The notes under the pieces are model-generated. The model made no database searches, had not been told where the DNA came from, and saw nothing but the letters and a program-made list of their open reading frames with translations. Below are positions 50,957-62,573 of a stretch of 64,000 nt of DNA, in pieces; position 1 is the stretch's first letter; every line of letters starts with the position of its first letter. The DNA is from Sedimentisphaerales bacterium (lineage in GTDB: Bacteria > Planctomycetota > Phycisphaerae > Sedimentisphaerales > SM23-30): assembly GCA_963663805.2 (NCBI GenBank), contig CAXXMR010000013.1, positions 32,001 through 96,000 of the forward strand. The letters are read 5' to 3'. The translations under genes were made by a program, and so were the position numbers.

Positions 50957-51008
50957 CCCTGAACCTCCGGGAGAGTTTTATTGTTTTAGTAAAAAGGTGT
51001 CGAATACC

Positions 51009-54000
51009 TTATTCAGTGATTCTTTTGATTACGAAGTCCAGTACCGTGGTGAGATTTGTCGAGGGTGCATCGGTGCTGTCGTAGTAAAGGCCAAACTCTA
51101 CGCCGTTATTGTCAGCGGTAACTTCGTCGCCGCGGATTTTGCCGAGGGTGCCGGCTCCGCTGGTCAGGGTATCGCCGGTCAGACCCAGGCTGTCGAAGAT
51201 ATAGCTGTCGATAACACCCGCGGCGAGATAGCTGTTATCCAGCCTGCCGCCAAATTTGATGCTCTGGATGTCGCCGGAATTCAGAGTGTCGGTGGCTTGG
51301 GCCGTGCCGTCCATGCCGATGTCAAAACCGCTCAGCAGTTGCGAATCGACAATATCGCCTTTAAGGGTTACTTTGTTGATGAGCGAGGCGGCACTGATCA
51401 GGGCAGTATCCAGATTGCGGCCGGAGATTTTGTCGATTTCCACGGCGCGGAGCGTGCCGGTGAGGTCCTTTTTGACGGACACTTTGCCAATATTACCCGC
51501 CGCCAGCAGCGAGCCGGACAGATTGCCGTTGACACTTACTTTTTCGATGTCGCCCTGAGTTGCCGTTATGACCGCGGCGAGTCGGCCATTGTCGATGTCA
51601 ATTTTTTCGATGGACGGTGTTGTCAGCGAACCGCCGTTGAAAGTCCGGGCCGATAGCGTATCGAGCGGTTGACTGATAGCGAAAATCGCGTCGCCGATGT
51701 CGTGGGCGGTAATGTCAACGGCGATGGTCGGCAGTTTGTAATAGGTTTTAATGCCGGTATAAATTGACGCACCGTTATAAATGTCATACAGTTCTATTTT
51801 GGCTATGTCATTAGCGATGTAGAGGTCGTAAGCTGATTGCGTCGTGTCGTCGATGAGGGAGGCTTCCGGGGCACTTATCGCTTTGAGAGGGCCGGCGACG
51901 TTGATGTTAGTGATAGTCGTAAGACCGCCTTTGACATTGATTTTGAGAGTGTCGCTGCTGGTGGTGCCGCTGACAGTCAGCTCCGCGATGTCCGCGCCGG
52001 AAAGTCCGCCGTTGGCAAGGAAGCCGACAGCTGAGCCGCCGGACAGCGAAACGATAACCCGGTCGCCGTCGGCGTCAATGAAACTGAAATTCTCGCCCGC
52101 GGCAATTTCAAATGAACGGCCCATGCTCTGACCGTCGATAGCGATGACAGGTGTTTCATTGATGTCATTCGAGTTTATCGTCAAAGTGGCGTCAATGGTC
52201 CCCGCGGCGCTGGGCTGATAGAGTGCGTACACGGTAGTTTCCCCGCCCGGAGCGATAGTAAATCCACTGCCGATACTGCTTGAGTCAGCCTGAACCAGGG
52301 TGAATTGAGAATCAGAAAACGTCCAGTCGGAAATAACCAGGTCGGTAGTTCCTTCATTGGTGATGTCGAAAGGCAGCAGGGCGGTTTGGCCGACCTGAAC
52401 GTTTCCATAAGCTTCGGTGAAATCAAGTTCGCTAAGCGAAACTTCGATATCAGGAGCGGAAACATTACCAATCACATCTATAGTTATGGTTTCCTGAGTA
52501 TTGGCGGTAATGGTTATCTGCCCCGGATAGCTGTCCAGGTCCAGCCCAGTGCTGTCAAAAGATACGTCGATATTCCGCTGGCCGCCGGGCAGGAGGCTAA
52601 AGGCTGAATCAGAAACAATAGAAAAATATTCACTGCCGGAAGTGACCGAGATGTCGGTTATTTGTAAATCAACACTGCCCATGCCTGTCAGGGCACTGAG
52701 GTTCCTGATGGTGAAATAGTCATAAGATTGCTGATTGCTGCCGATGGTGGGCAGCTGGATAGAATAATCCGTTTCTAACACGCCGGCGGAGTTGTAAATT
52801 GTAAAACCGGGGTAGGCGGACTGGGCCGTTAGTTTAAGAGTCTTGTTGCCGCCATTGGTGCTGAAAGTTAAATCCGAAGTGTATTCTGTCGCGGCGGTGC
52901 CCGTGAAGGTAACGTAATAGTATGCGCTTTCTCCGGCCTCGATGGTAAAGTCGCTGACCGGCAGAGAACTGTCGTCACGACCAAGCGAAAAGGCACTATT
53001 GCTTAATGACGCCGACGTGACCGTCATGGCCGTGTTGCCGGAATTGTATAGCTCGACGATTTCAGACTGAGAGGTCTGCCCGACGGGGTTCCAGCCGAAA
53101 TGCACGGTGCTGTCAGTTGTCGAGCCGGAGTTCTCACGTACGGTCAGCAGAGGTTCAACTCCGGTGCCGACAAGCTGAACTGAATAAGAACCCATGCCGT
53201 CATTGGTCTTGATAACGACCGTATCGATAAAATCCCCTTGCCACTCAGGATGTAAAGTTACCTGGACATAAGCAGGCGTGGCAGAACCAGCGGCGATGAT
53301 GGTATCGGTAAGGTCGGTTTCGGTGGAGATTTCAAAGCTGGAATTAGCATCCGCCAGGGCGATACTGTATATCTTGAGGTCGGTGCCGCTGCTGTTGTTC
53401 TGGAGGGCCAGCGTATAGGTGAAACTGTCCTGGCCCACGAGAACATCGCCAAAATCAACGTAATTATCATTGAAGCCCACCGGCAGGACTGAATTGCTGT
53501 AACTGGTTGTCGGGCCGGTGAACTCTATCGCGCTGTTGTAATAGTAGTTGGAGTCCGGGACAAAGGGCATGGTCATGGTGACTGTGTCGCCGGGGTCGAA
53601 GCTGCCGTCGGTGGGCGAATCGGTGATGATGTAACCCCTGTCCTGGGAAGGGTCAAAATCTATGTCGGTATAGGCTAAGGAAACATTACTGTTATTGACC
53701 AGAGTAACGGCCAGTGGGTCGGTGGCGGTTTCGGATGTTTCCAGAGATTGGAAGGACAGTAGTCCGCTGGCTTGGAAATCGGTTAGAGAGTTATCCAGTA
53801 TCACCAAATCGGCACCGCTGGTGGTGCCCGCCAGCCGGACGTATTTTTTGCTCCCGTTAGCACGGGTGATGGTCAGAGTGTCAGTAATCGCCGCGGTAGC
53901 GTCTGGCCCGAAACCTTGGGGCGTGAATCTGAGGTAGATTTTCTCCGATTGGCCCGGCAGCAGAATCAAATCGTCATCGCTGCTGGAAATGGAATTGACA

Positions 54001-54224
54001 TTGGTGGCGTTGATGGTGAAATTCGCCGAGCCAAGTTCCAGGCCGGTGATGGTCATCAGCGAGCTGGAGTCATTGGTCAGCTGAATCATGCCCGGATATG
54101 ATGTTTCGCCGATGGCTTTGTTCCCGAAGTTGAGATAGAGGTCAGTTTCGGAATTGATGGAATCAGTCACGACTAATGACAGCAATGTGCGTGTCTCGAG
54201 GCACTCCAGAGATAACATCAGCAA
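51009..54224 (-). CDS. Large extracellular protein with N-terminal LExRxLL motif and tandem Ig-like (choice-of-anchor D-like) domains
   Basis: LECLETRTLLS; repeated (N/D/H)FG....N.....L.I modules; FIDADGDRV C-terminal region. Confidence 0.8.
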   Translation of the reverse strand: MLMLSLECLETRTLLSLVVTDSINSETDLYLNFGNKAIGETSYPGMIQLTNDSSSLMTITGLELGSANFTINATNVNSISSSDDDLILLPGQSEKIYLRFTPQGFGPDATAAITDTLTITRANGSKKYVRLAGTTSGADLVILDNSLTDFQASGLLSFQSLETSETATDPLAVTLVNNSNVSLAYTDIDFDPSQDRGYIITDSPTDGSFDPGDTVTMTMPFVPDSNYYYNSAIEFTGPTTSYSNSVLPVGFNDNYVDFGDVLVGQDSFTYTLALQNNSSGTDLKIYSIALADANSSFEISTETDLTDTIIAAGSATPAYVQVTLHPEWQGDFIDTVVIKTNDGMGSYSVQLVGTGVEPLLTVRENSGSTTDSTVHFGWNPVGQTSQSEIVELYNSGNTAMTVTSASLSNSAFSLGRDDSSLPVSDFTIEAGESAYYYVTFTGTAATEYTSDLTFSTNGGNKTLKLTAQSAYPGFTIYNSAGVLETDYSIQLPTIGSNQQSYDYFTIRNLSALTGMGSVDLQITDISVTSGSEYFSIVSDSAFSLLPGGQRNIDVSFDSTGLDLDSYPGQITITANTQETITIDVIGNVSAPDIEVSLSELDFTEAYGNVQVGQTALLPFDITNEGTTDLVISDWTFSDSQFTLVQADSSSIGSGFTIAPGGETTVYALYQPSAAGTIDATLTINSNDINETPVIAIDGQSMGRSFEIAAGENFSFIDADGDRVIVSLSGGSAVGFLANGGLSGADIAELTVSGTTSSDTLKINVKGGLTTITNINVAGPLKAISAPEASLIDDTTQSAYDLYIANDIAKIELYDIYNGASIYTGIKTYYKLPTIAVDITAHDIGDAIFAISQPLDTLSARTFNGGSLTTPSIEKIDIDNGRLAAVITATQGDIEKVSVNGNLSGSLLAAGNIGKVSVKKDLTGTLRAVEIDKISGRNLDTALISAASLINKVTLKGDIVDSQLLSGFDIGMDGTAQATDTLNSGDIQSIKFGGRLDNSYLAAGVIDSYIFDSLGLTGDTLTSGAGTLGKIRGDEVTADNNGVEFGLYYDSTDAPSTNLTTVLDFVIKRITE

Positions 54225-54682
54225 CCCTTTCTATGGGAAAATGAACCAGCCAATTCGGGTAAGCGGGGCCTTAATAACACTATTAACAGCCTTGGCAGGC
54301 CGCAGGGGGGGATGCCCGCACCCAATGAGCCAGCCCCGGTTTGATGTTATCATAACTTTAGATGTACCATTGTCAATGCCAAAACCCCGCCCCCAACGCC
54401 GTAAACAACCTCCCGCCCAACTGTCAGTATGATACGCACCAAAGTTGGGTCCATGTCATGCGGACAAGTCGCGTAATCTTGACAAATGTCAATGTTGGGC
54501 CGCCCAAAAACGGTTGCGTAAAAAACACGGCTCTGGTGCTAAATTATTGCCAGACAAGGAGTTGGCTTTCGATGTTTATGATACCCTTTAATTTTTCTTG
54601 CATTTGGGCGGAAAACTGGTACAATAGCGACACGTATGTTTGTGGCGTATTCTGAAAAGGAGGATAGCTGGATATCCTTTCC

Positions 54683-57565
54683 TTGCGCTTATCAATGGTT
54701 ATTTTATTGAGGAGAGGAAAAATTAAAACTTTAGTCACTATTTCAATTATTTTGTGTTTAGCCATATTCTGTACTCCGGTGTTAAGCGTCACCATCTACG
54801 TTGATGCCGATGCTCCAGGCATTAATAACGGCGCAAGCTGGGCCAATGCCTGCACTGATATGCAGTCTGCTTTGTCAGCGGCTGGCACCGGGGATGAAAT
54901 TCGCGTGGCCCAGGGCACCTATAAACCTACGGCAGGGGCGAGCCGTACCGTTTCATTTCAACTGAAAAATAATGTTAAACTTTACGGCGGCTACGCAGGT
55001 TTCGGTGAGCCGGACCCTGATGCACGCGATATAGAATTATATGAGACGATACTCTCGGCTGACATTGGGACTCCAAATGACAGCTCTGACAATTCCTACC
55101 ATGTTTTTTATCATCCCGCCGGAACCAATCTTGATGCCACGGCAATTCTTAATGGTTTTACCATAACTGCCGGCAACGCCGATGGGAGTATTGATAATCA
55201 TAACGGCGGCGGAATGTTCAATGAAGATTCCAGTCCGACCGTTACCAATTGCAACTTTACTGCCAACGCCGCAGATTCCTACGGGGGCGGAATATTCAAC
55301 GACTCCAGCAGTCCCGTGGTTGCCAATTGCACATTCACAGATAACACCGCAACGTTCGGCGGCGGCGGTATATTTAATGACAATTCTTCTGACCCGACCG
55401 TTAGCAACTGTGCATTCACAGATAACACCGTGTCATTCAATGGCGGCGGTATATACAATGACGAATATTCCAACCCAAATGTTATAGACTGTACTTTCAC
55501 CGGTAACAGCGGGGGCGGAATATACAACAGAGAATCATCCAGCTCATTGGTTGCAAATTGCAGTTTCACGGGGAACAGCCCATACGGAATGTTCAACCAG
55601 GCATCCTCCAGCCCCACGGTTAGCAACTGCATTTTCACCGGTAACGGTAGCTATGGAATAAAAAATTATGACTCCGCCAGTCCCGCGGTCACCAACTGTA
55701 CTTTCACGGGACACGTCAGCAGCGCAATGTCCAATTCCTCATCCAGCCCCGTGGTTACCAACTGCACATTCACTGATAACAGAGGCAGCGGTATAGAAAA
55801 CACCTCAACCAGCACCCCGACCATTACTAACTGTATAATCTGGAACAACTTTGGTTCGCAGGTGATAAATTTAGGTGGTGCGGTGCCCATCGTTACTTAT
55901 TGTAATGTTCAGGGTGGTTATGCCGGCACGGGAAACATCGACCAGGACCCCTTGTTCGCAAATCCCGGCGCTGATGATTATAATCTTCAGTTCAATTCGC
56001 CGTGTATCGACGCTGGCGATGATAGTTCTGTCCCGCCAGGTATTACAACTGATATTGAGGGCGGCGGTAGAATTTGCAATGCCGCTGTTGATATGGGAGC
56101 CCATGAGCAGAATATTGTTTTTGTCGACCAGGATGCACCCGGAAATAATAGCGGTGTGGACTGGTACAATGCCTACAACGATTTGCAGCAGGCTTTAATG
56201 ATGGCCTGGTACGGCGACCAGATTCGCATAGCCGGCGGTACATACAAACCCGGCACTGCCCGTACTGATGCGTTTCAACTGCTAAATACCGTTGGGCTCC
56301 ACGGCGGTTACGCAGGCTATGGCCAACCGGACCCCGATGCTTATGATGTTCAATTGTACCAAACCATTCTCAGTGCTGATATAGGAACCGCCGGGAATAA
56401 TTCTGATAACTGCTACCATGTCTTTTACCATCCCTCAGGCACCGACCTGGACTCAAGCGCTGTTCTTGATGGGGTTACTATAACCGCCGGTAATGCCAAC
56501 GGTCCATCTCCTGATTGCCACGGCGGGGGGATGTACAACTTCTCCTCCAGCCCCACCGTGACCAATTGCACTTTCACAGACAACACCGCAGGAACTTACG
56601 GCGGCGCTATGTACAATTGTGCGGTCAGCAGCCCCATAGTTACAAGCTGTACTTTTATTACCAACACGGCAACCTATGCTGGCGCCATGTACAACTCCGC
56701 ATCCAACCCAACTGTTATCGACTGTGAATTCACAGGTAACACCGCCGAAAACTACGGCGGCGCAATTTTTAATTTTGCCGCATCTATCCCAATTGTTATA
56801 AACTCCATATTCATAGATAACTCCGCAGCCAGAGGCGGGGGGATTTACAACAACTCCTCTGCCTCAACGGTGCTAAGCTCTAAATTTATGCATAATGCCG
56901 CGGAAAACAGCGGCGGCGGCATATATAATTCCATGAGCGACTCGACAATTACAAATTGCATTTTCAGTGCTAACTCTGCCGACAATACCGGCGGGGCGAT
57001 ATACAACTACTCCGCCAGCCCCACGGTTACCAACGCTGCATTTTCATACAATACCGCGGAAGGCGCCTGCGGCGGGATATACAACTACGGCTCGTCCAGC
57101 CCGGTCATTACAAACTGCATATTGTGGAACAATACTGACCCGCAGATAGACAATGACAATGGTTACGGTTTCCCGGTCGTTACTTATTCTAACATTGACC
57201 AGGACTACCCCGGAACCGGCAATATCAAAGCTTACCCTTATTTTGCCGATTTTAACGGACCCGACAACGTTATTGGCACAGAAGATGACAATTTGAGATT
57301 GCGGTATGATTCACCATGTATAGACGCCGGAAATAATTTTGCTTACCCCGCGGGGATAATGCCTGACTGCGATATGATGCCGAGAACTGTTGACGACCCC
57401 AAAACGGTTGATACGGGGCAATCCCTGCCTTCTTTCCCGGTCATTGATATGGGAGCCTATGAATATCAAGGCATAACACTTGAAGGCGATATAGATGGCG
57501 ATGGCGATGTGGATTTAACAGACTTCGCCCTGATGGCTAACAACTGGCTGGTGGGGACCAATTAA
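54683..57565 (+). CDS. Secreted protein with two tandem beta-helix modules and a dockerin-like tail; paralog of 23517-25175
   Basis: IYVDADA..SWANA and VFVDQDA..W.NA module starts; many SSP.V.NCTF..N.A..GG repeats; GDIDGDGDVDLTDFALMANNWL. Confidence 0.88.
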   Translation: MRLSMVILLRRGKIKTLVTISIILCLAIFCTPVLSVTIYVDADAPGINNGASWANACTDMQSALSAAGTGDEIRVAQGTYKPTAGASRTVSFQLKNNVKLYGGYAGFGEPDPDARDIELYETILSADIGTPNDSSDNSYHVFYHPAGTNLDATAILNGFTITAGNADGSIDNHNGGGMFNEDSSPTVTNCNFTANAADSYGGGIFNDSSSPVVANCTFTDNTATFGGGGIFNDNSSDPTVSNCAFTDNTVSFNGGGIYNDEYSNPNVIDCTFTGNSGGGIYNRESSSSLVANCSFTGNSPYGMFNQASSSPTVSNCIFTGNGSYGIKNYDSASPAVTNCTFTGHVSSAMSNSSSSPVVTNCTFTDNRGSGIENTSTSTPTITNCIIWNNFGSQVINLGGAVPIVTYCNVQGGYAGTGNIDQDPLFANPGADDYNLQFNSPCIDAGDDSSVPPGITTDIEGGGRICNAAVDMGAHEQNIVFVDQDAPGNNSGVDWYNAYNDLQQALMMAWYGDQIRIAGGTYKPGTARTDAFQLLNTVGLHGGYAGYGQPDPDAYDVQLYQTILSADIGTAGNNSDNCYHVFYHPSGTDLDSSAVLDGVTITAGNANGPSPDCHGGGMYNFSSSPTVTNCTFTDNTAGTYGGAMYNCAVSSPIVTSCTFITNTATYAGAMYNSASNPTVIDCEFTGNTAENYGGAIFNFAASIPIVINSIFIDNSAARGGGIYNNSSASTVLSSKFMHNAAENSGGGIYNSMSDSTITNCIFSANSADNTGGAIYNYSASPTVTNAAFSYNTAEGACGGIYNYGSSSPVITNCILWNNTDPQIDNDNGYGFPVVTYSNIDQDYPGTGNIKAYPYFADFNGPDNVIGTEDDNLRLRYDSPCIDAGNNFAYPAGIMPDCDMMPRTVDDPKTVDTGQSLPSFPVIDMGAYEYQGITLEGDIDGDGDVDLTDFALMANNWLVGTN

Positions 57566-58115
57566 AGCCGTCATCAAGTCCGCACATAACCTCCGATAGA
57601 TTGCCATAAAAAATTCGCGTAAATCTGCTCCATTTACGCTTAAAAACCCGTTCTTTTTCGCCATTTTCTTGTTTTTTTCTTAAAAAACGTGAAAAAATCG
57701 TTAAAAATCGGTCGCTTCAGCCTGATTCGCGCTGAAAAATCAGATGCTTATCTGGACGTTGAAATTATGGACTTTGCCGCTTTTCAGTACTGGCAATCAG
57801 GGTTGCGAGGGTGTGAAATAATATTTTTCTAATGAAAAATCAAAAAAAGCTGGTTTCAGCCCTGATAAGCGGATATTTAAGTGCTTGAATATCAAGAAAA
57901 TATGAAAAAATAAAAAAAATTAAGAAAATTCTCATTTTTCTTTGGCTTTCTGGGCCAAAGGTCTATATTTTATCTAATTCTACGACGCTTGGGGCTCGCG
58001 CCCGGTGAGCAGACAGCTTTCCGGGGGTGGTACCTATTGTGGGACCGCTGAGGCAGCGGTGTCGGCGGCCGGCGGCATGCGGCTGTAAGCTGTTGTTAGA
58101 GATGGTTTTAGCAGC

Positions 58116-58188
<73 letters not shown>

Positions 58189-58314
58189 TTGTAAAAAAGC
58201 GCCTGACTCGTGGTCAGGTAAGCGTAAAAATGCCATGGCCGAAACGGTTTTCGGTCCTGAGGCAGAAATACAGAAATACGAAAGTCTCCCAACTAGAACA
58301 GGAGGACATCCAAG

Positions 58315-59520
<1,206 letters not shown>

Positions 59521-59672
59521 TTGAGATAGCCGGTCTAACTGGTTATTTTGCGGTAGTTTATTAAAAAAGTTCCGGGGGCGGTCAGGTGCGTCAAGAAGAG
59601 ACGTAACCTGGTCGCCCCTCGCGGACCTTATATGGGTAGGCCCGTTTTGCGGGTTAATTCAGGAGCTGAACA

Positions 59673-59840
59673 ATGGCCAAAGGCGCCAAGCGTGAATATT
59701 TCTGGATGGAATGCAGCGAGTGCGGCGAGCGTAATTACCGTACTGAAGTCAATACGATGGGCGGCATTCCGAAGCTGGAATTGAAGAAATACTGCAAGCG
59801 TGAACGTAAACGTACGGTTCATAAGCTGCGTCGCAAATAG
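59673..59840 (+). CDS. rpmG: 50S ribosomal protein L33, 55 aa (not in the ORF track)
   Basis: MAKGAKREYFWMECSECGERNYRTEVNTMGGIPKLELKKYCKRERKRTVHKLRRK; AGGAG RBS; tuf-rpmG-secE synteny. Confidence 0.95.
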   Translation: MAKGAKREYFWMECSECGERNYRTEVNTMGGIPKLELKKYCKRERKRTVHKLRRK

Positions 59841-59921
59841 GCTTTTTGGCGAGTTTGGGCCTGTAGAGGTTTTGAATTTTGTCGAGATGATGCCAAAGGC
59901 AGCCGTCGCAGGCTGTTGGAT

Positions 59922-59994
59922 AGGTGAGTAGCTCAATTGGCAGAGCGTCGGTCTCCAAAACCGAAGGTTGCGAGTTCGATTCCCGCCTCACCTG
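59922..59994 (+). tRNA. tRNA-Trp (CCA)
   Basis: AGGTGAGTAGCTCAATTGGCAGAGCGTCGGTCTCCAAAACCGAAGGTTGCGAGTTCGATTCCCGCCTCACCTG; position before secE. Confidence 0.95.
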
Positions 59995-60054
59995 TTTGAG
60001 AGAAATTGAGGATGTTGTAAGATCGTCAATGTCGAGTTGACCGAGGAAAAACGT

Positions 60055-60468
60055 ATGAATTTGAATTTTTATAAGAAGGGTCAAGGTTATTATACTCGTT
60101 TGTGTACCGCTTTGGGCACAGGGATAATCTCGGCTCTGGGCTGCTATGCCCTTTATGACCAGTTGGGTGCGATAACTAGCCTTGACGCGGCAACTAAGAA
60201 CTGGGTTCAGGCGGGTGTTCCGTTCGTTTTTATGCTGGTTTTGGCCTGGCTTATTTTTAAGGCGCTGAATAAGCCGAGCATAGCTGATTTTATGATTTCG
60301 ACTGAAGGCGAGATGAAAAAGGTTTCGTGGTCGAGTCGGAAAGAGATAATCGCTTCTACGAAAGTGGTGATTGTGACTGTCATTTTAATGGCGTCTCTTC
60401 TGGCAGTTGTGGACTGGGGTTTTGCGTCGATATTCAAGAAAATCGGGATATTGAAGATGGCGGGCTGA
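60055..60468 (+). CDS. secE: Preprotein translocase subunit SecE (three-TM form)
   Basis: EMKKVSWS.RKE motif; synteny. Confidence 0.93.
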   Translation: MNLNFYKKGQGYYTRLCTALGTGIISALGCYALYDQLGAITSLDAATKNWVQAGVPFVFMLVLAWLIFKALNKPSIADFMISTEGEMKKVSWSSRKEIIASTKVVIVTVILMASLLAVVDWGFASIFKKIGILKMAG

Positions 60469-60550
60469 CGCCGCAGGTTCGGTGTCGATCTCTAGTAAGA
60501 TCCTGAGCCAAACGAGTAAAACAGGTTTATGACGGTCTTGATATAGAGTA

Positions 60551-61153
60551 GTGGCAATAAAGCCAACCAATAAGAAAGCGTGGGCAGGGTTAGTGACTGA
60601 GGAAGTCCAGAAAAAATGGTGTGTATTGCGGGTGGCCTCTAATCGTGAAGAGCAGGTCCGTGACACTCTGGTTCGCAAGGTTGAGATAGAAAATCTGAGC
60701 GAAGAGATTGGCCGGGTTCTGGTTCCGACAGAGAAAATCAAACGCGTACGCGGCGGTAACCAGCGAGTATACGAACGGAAGCTGTATCCAGGTTATGTTT
60801 TTGTAGAGATGGCTTTGGATGACAAAGGCGGGATTCGTGAAGGCGCGTGGTTTTTGATAAAGGAAACCACCGGGGTGGGTGATTTTATTGGTACGGAAGG
60901 CAAGCCTTCGCCGATGAGCGACGCTGACGTGGCGAAGATGCTTCATCAGGCTGAAGGTCCGGCAGAATCGCCGACGATACAGATGGAATTTCACAAAGGT
61001 GACCAAATCAAGGTTAAGGGCGGCAGCTTTGAAGGTTACGAAGGTGTTGTAGAAGATATTGACCAGGAAAAAGGTACGGTGCGGGTAATCGTGACGATTT
61101 TTGGTCGGGCGACTCCGCTGGATATTGAATACTGGCAGTTGGAAAAAGTATAG
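60551..61153 (+). CDS. nusG: Transcription termination/antitermination factor NusG (start may be GTG 60593)
   Basis: YPGYVFVEM, GVGDFIG, KOW domain, IFGRATP. Confidence 0.97.
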   Translation: MAIKPTNKKAWAGLVTEEVQKKWCVLRVASNREEQVRDTLVRKVEIENLSEEIGRVLVPTEKIKRVRGGNQRVYERKLYPGYVFVEMALDDKGGIREGAWFLIKETTGVGDFIGTEGKPSPMSDADVAKMLHQAEGPAESPTIQMEFHKGDQIKVKGGSFEGYEGVVEDIDQEKGTVRVIVTIFGRATPLDIEYWQLEKV

Positions 61154-61253
61154 TTATAAATCAGAGTTCAGAAGTCAGGAATCAGCAGATTACGGCGAGG
61201 GGCGGGACGAATGCCGGTTTTTGTTGAGGCAGTAACAAACAGGAAAATAAGTC

Positions 61254-61679
61254 ATGGCAAAAGAAGTAACCGCAGTAATTAAGTTACAAGCTCCGGGCGG
61301 CAAGGCAACTCCGGCACCTCCGATAGGTCCGGCCCTGGGTCAGCACGGTGTAAATATCGGTCAGTTTGTATCTCAGTTCAATGAGCGTACCAAGGATCAG
61401 CCGGGTGTAATTACTCCGGTAGAGTTGACGGTATATGCTGACAAGAGCTTTGAGTTTGTGCTGAAAAGTCCTCCGGCTTCGGTTTTGCTGATGCAGGCGG
61501 CGGGCGTGGACAAGGGCAGCGGTGTGCCGAACAAGGAAAAAGTCGGCAAGGTTAGCAAAGCTCAGGTTGCGACCATCGCTCAGACGAAAATGAGTGACCT
61601 GAACGCTTTTAGCGTTGAGCAGGCGGCGCGTATTATCGAAGGTACAGCCCGCAGTATGGGTATTACTGTCGAAGGGTAA
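61254..61679 (+). CDS. rplK: 50S ribosomal protein L11
   Basis: [22 protein letters not shown]. Confidence 0.99.
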   Translation: MAKEVTAVIKLQAPGGKATPAPPIGPALGQHGVNIGQFVSQFNERTKDQPGVITPVELTVYADKSFEFVLKSPPASVLLMQAAGVDKGSGVPNKEKVGKVSKAQVATIAQTKMSDLNAFSVEQAARIIEGTARSMGITVEG

Positions 61680-61756
61680 GACAGATAACAGAAGTCAGAA
61701 ACCGGCGAGTCAGAAGAACCTGACAATCGGTTCTGAATTGGTGCATAAATTATAGA

Positions 61757-61787
61757 GCGGCAGACCACGGCCGGTGACAGTGGGAGC
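61757..61787 (+). promoter_or_regulatory. Candidate L1-binding autoregulatory RNA element before rplA
   Basis: GC-GGCAGA-CCAC..GTGG-GA-GC stem with asymmetric internal loop resembling L1 targets. Confidence 0.35.
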
Positions 61788-61808
61788 GAAGAATCGCGAG
61801 GTGAAATT

Positions 61809-62486
61809 ATGCGTAGACGCAGTAAGCGTTACAGTAAAGATTTCGGAAGTGCCGTAGAAGAGGCTATGCCTTTGTCGGAAGCGGTGGAGAAAATTAAAGG
61901 GTGGGCATCGACGAAGTTTGATCAGACTGTCGAATGTTGTGTACATCTGGGCATTGACCCCCGTCAGGCGGATCAGGCGATTCGTGGGGCGGTATCTCTG
62001 CCTAATGGTATCGGCAAGACTCTGCGGGTAATCGCTTTTTGTGAAGGTGAAGACGCCGAGGCAGCCCTGGCGGCTGGTGCTACCGAAGCAGCCGGCGAAG
62101 AGCTGGTCAAGAAAGTTGCCGGCGGCTGGCTGGATTTTGATGTAGCGGTTGCTCATCCGCGGATGATGGGCCAGGTCGGCAAATTAGGCCGGGTGCTTGG
62201 TCCGCAGGGCAAGATGCCTTCTCCGAAATCCGGGACGGTCACTCCGAAGGTTGCCGAAGCGGTAAAGGAATATGCCGCGGGCAAAGTTGAGTATCGTAAT
62301 GACAGCGGCGGCAATGTTCACGTTCCGGTGGGTAAAGTCAGTTTTGAGAGCCAGAAGCTGGTAGAAAATATTGAGTTTTTCATTGAGATAATTCGCAAGC
62401 TGAAACCGTCGGCGTCGAAGGGGACCTATATGAAGAAGGTCAGTCTTTCGGCGACGATGAGTCCGGGTGTTGAAGTTGCTCAGTGA
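61809..62486 (+). CDS. rplA: 50S ribosomal protein L1
   Basis: KFDQTVE, LGIDPR, LGRVLGPQGKMPSPKSGTV, TMSPG. Confidence 0.99.
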   Translation: MRRRSKRYSKDFGSAVEEAMPLSEAVEKIKGWASTKFDQTVECCVHLGIDPRQADQAIRGAVSLPNGIGKTLRVIAFCEGEDAEAALAAGATEAAGEELVKKVAGGWLDFDVAVAHPRMMGQVGKLGRVLGPQGKMPSPKSGTVTPKVAEAVKEYAAGKVEYRNDSGGNVHVPVGKVSFESQKLVENIEFFIEIIRKLKPSASKGTYMKKVSLSATMSPGVEVAQ

Positions 62487-62573
62487 TAGCTTTGCTGGGT
62501 TACAGAGGTAACAAAACGGAAAATAATTTATCAGGAAAAGCCGAAAACCGGCATTTTGGAATAAGAGGCTGAT

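Noticed and set aside
50910..51656. Long antisense ORFs (also 6649-7458, 8239-9084, 27805-28701, 32241-33209, 35610-36440)
   Set aside because: Shadow frames of well-supported genes on the opposite strand, with no recognisable motifs.
57985..58110. Additional tRNA (Tyr/Gly) upstream of tRNA-Thr
   Set aside because: GC-rich, but no T-loop or cloverleaf could be built.
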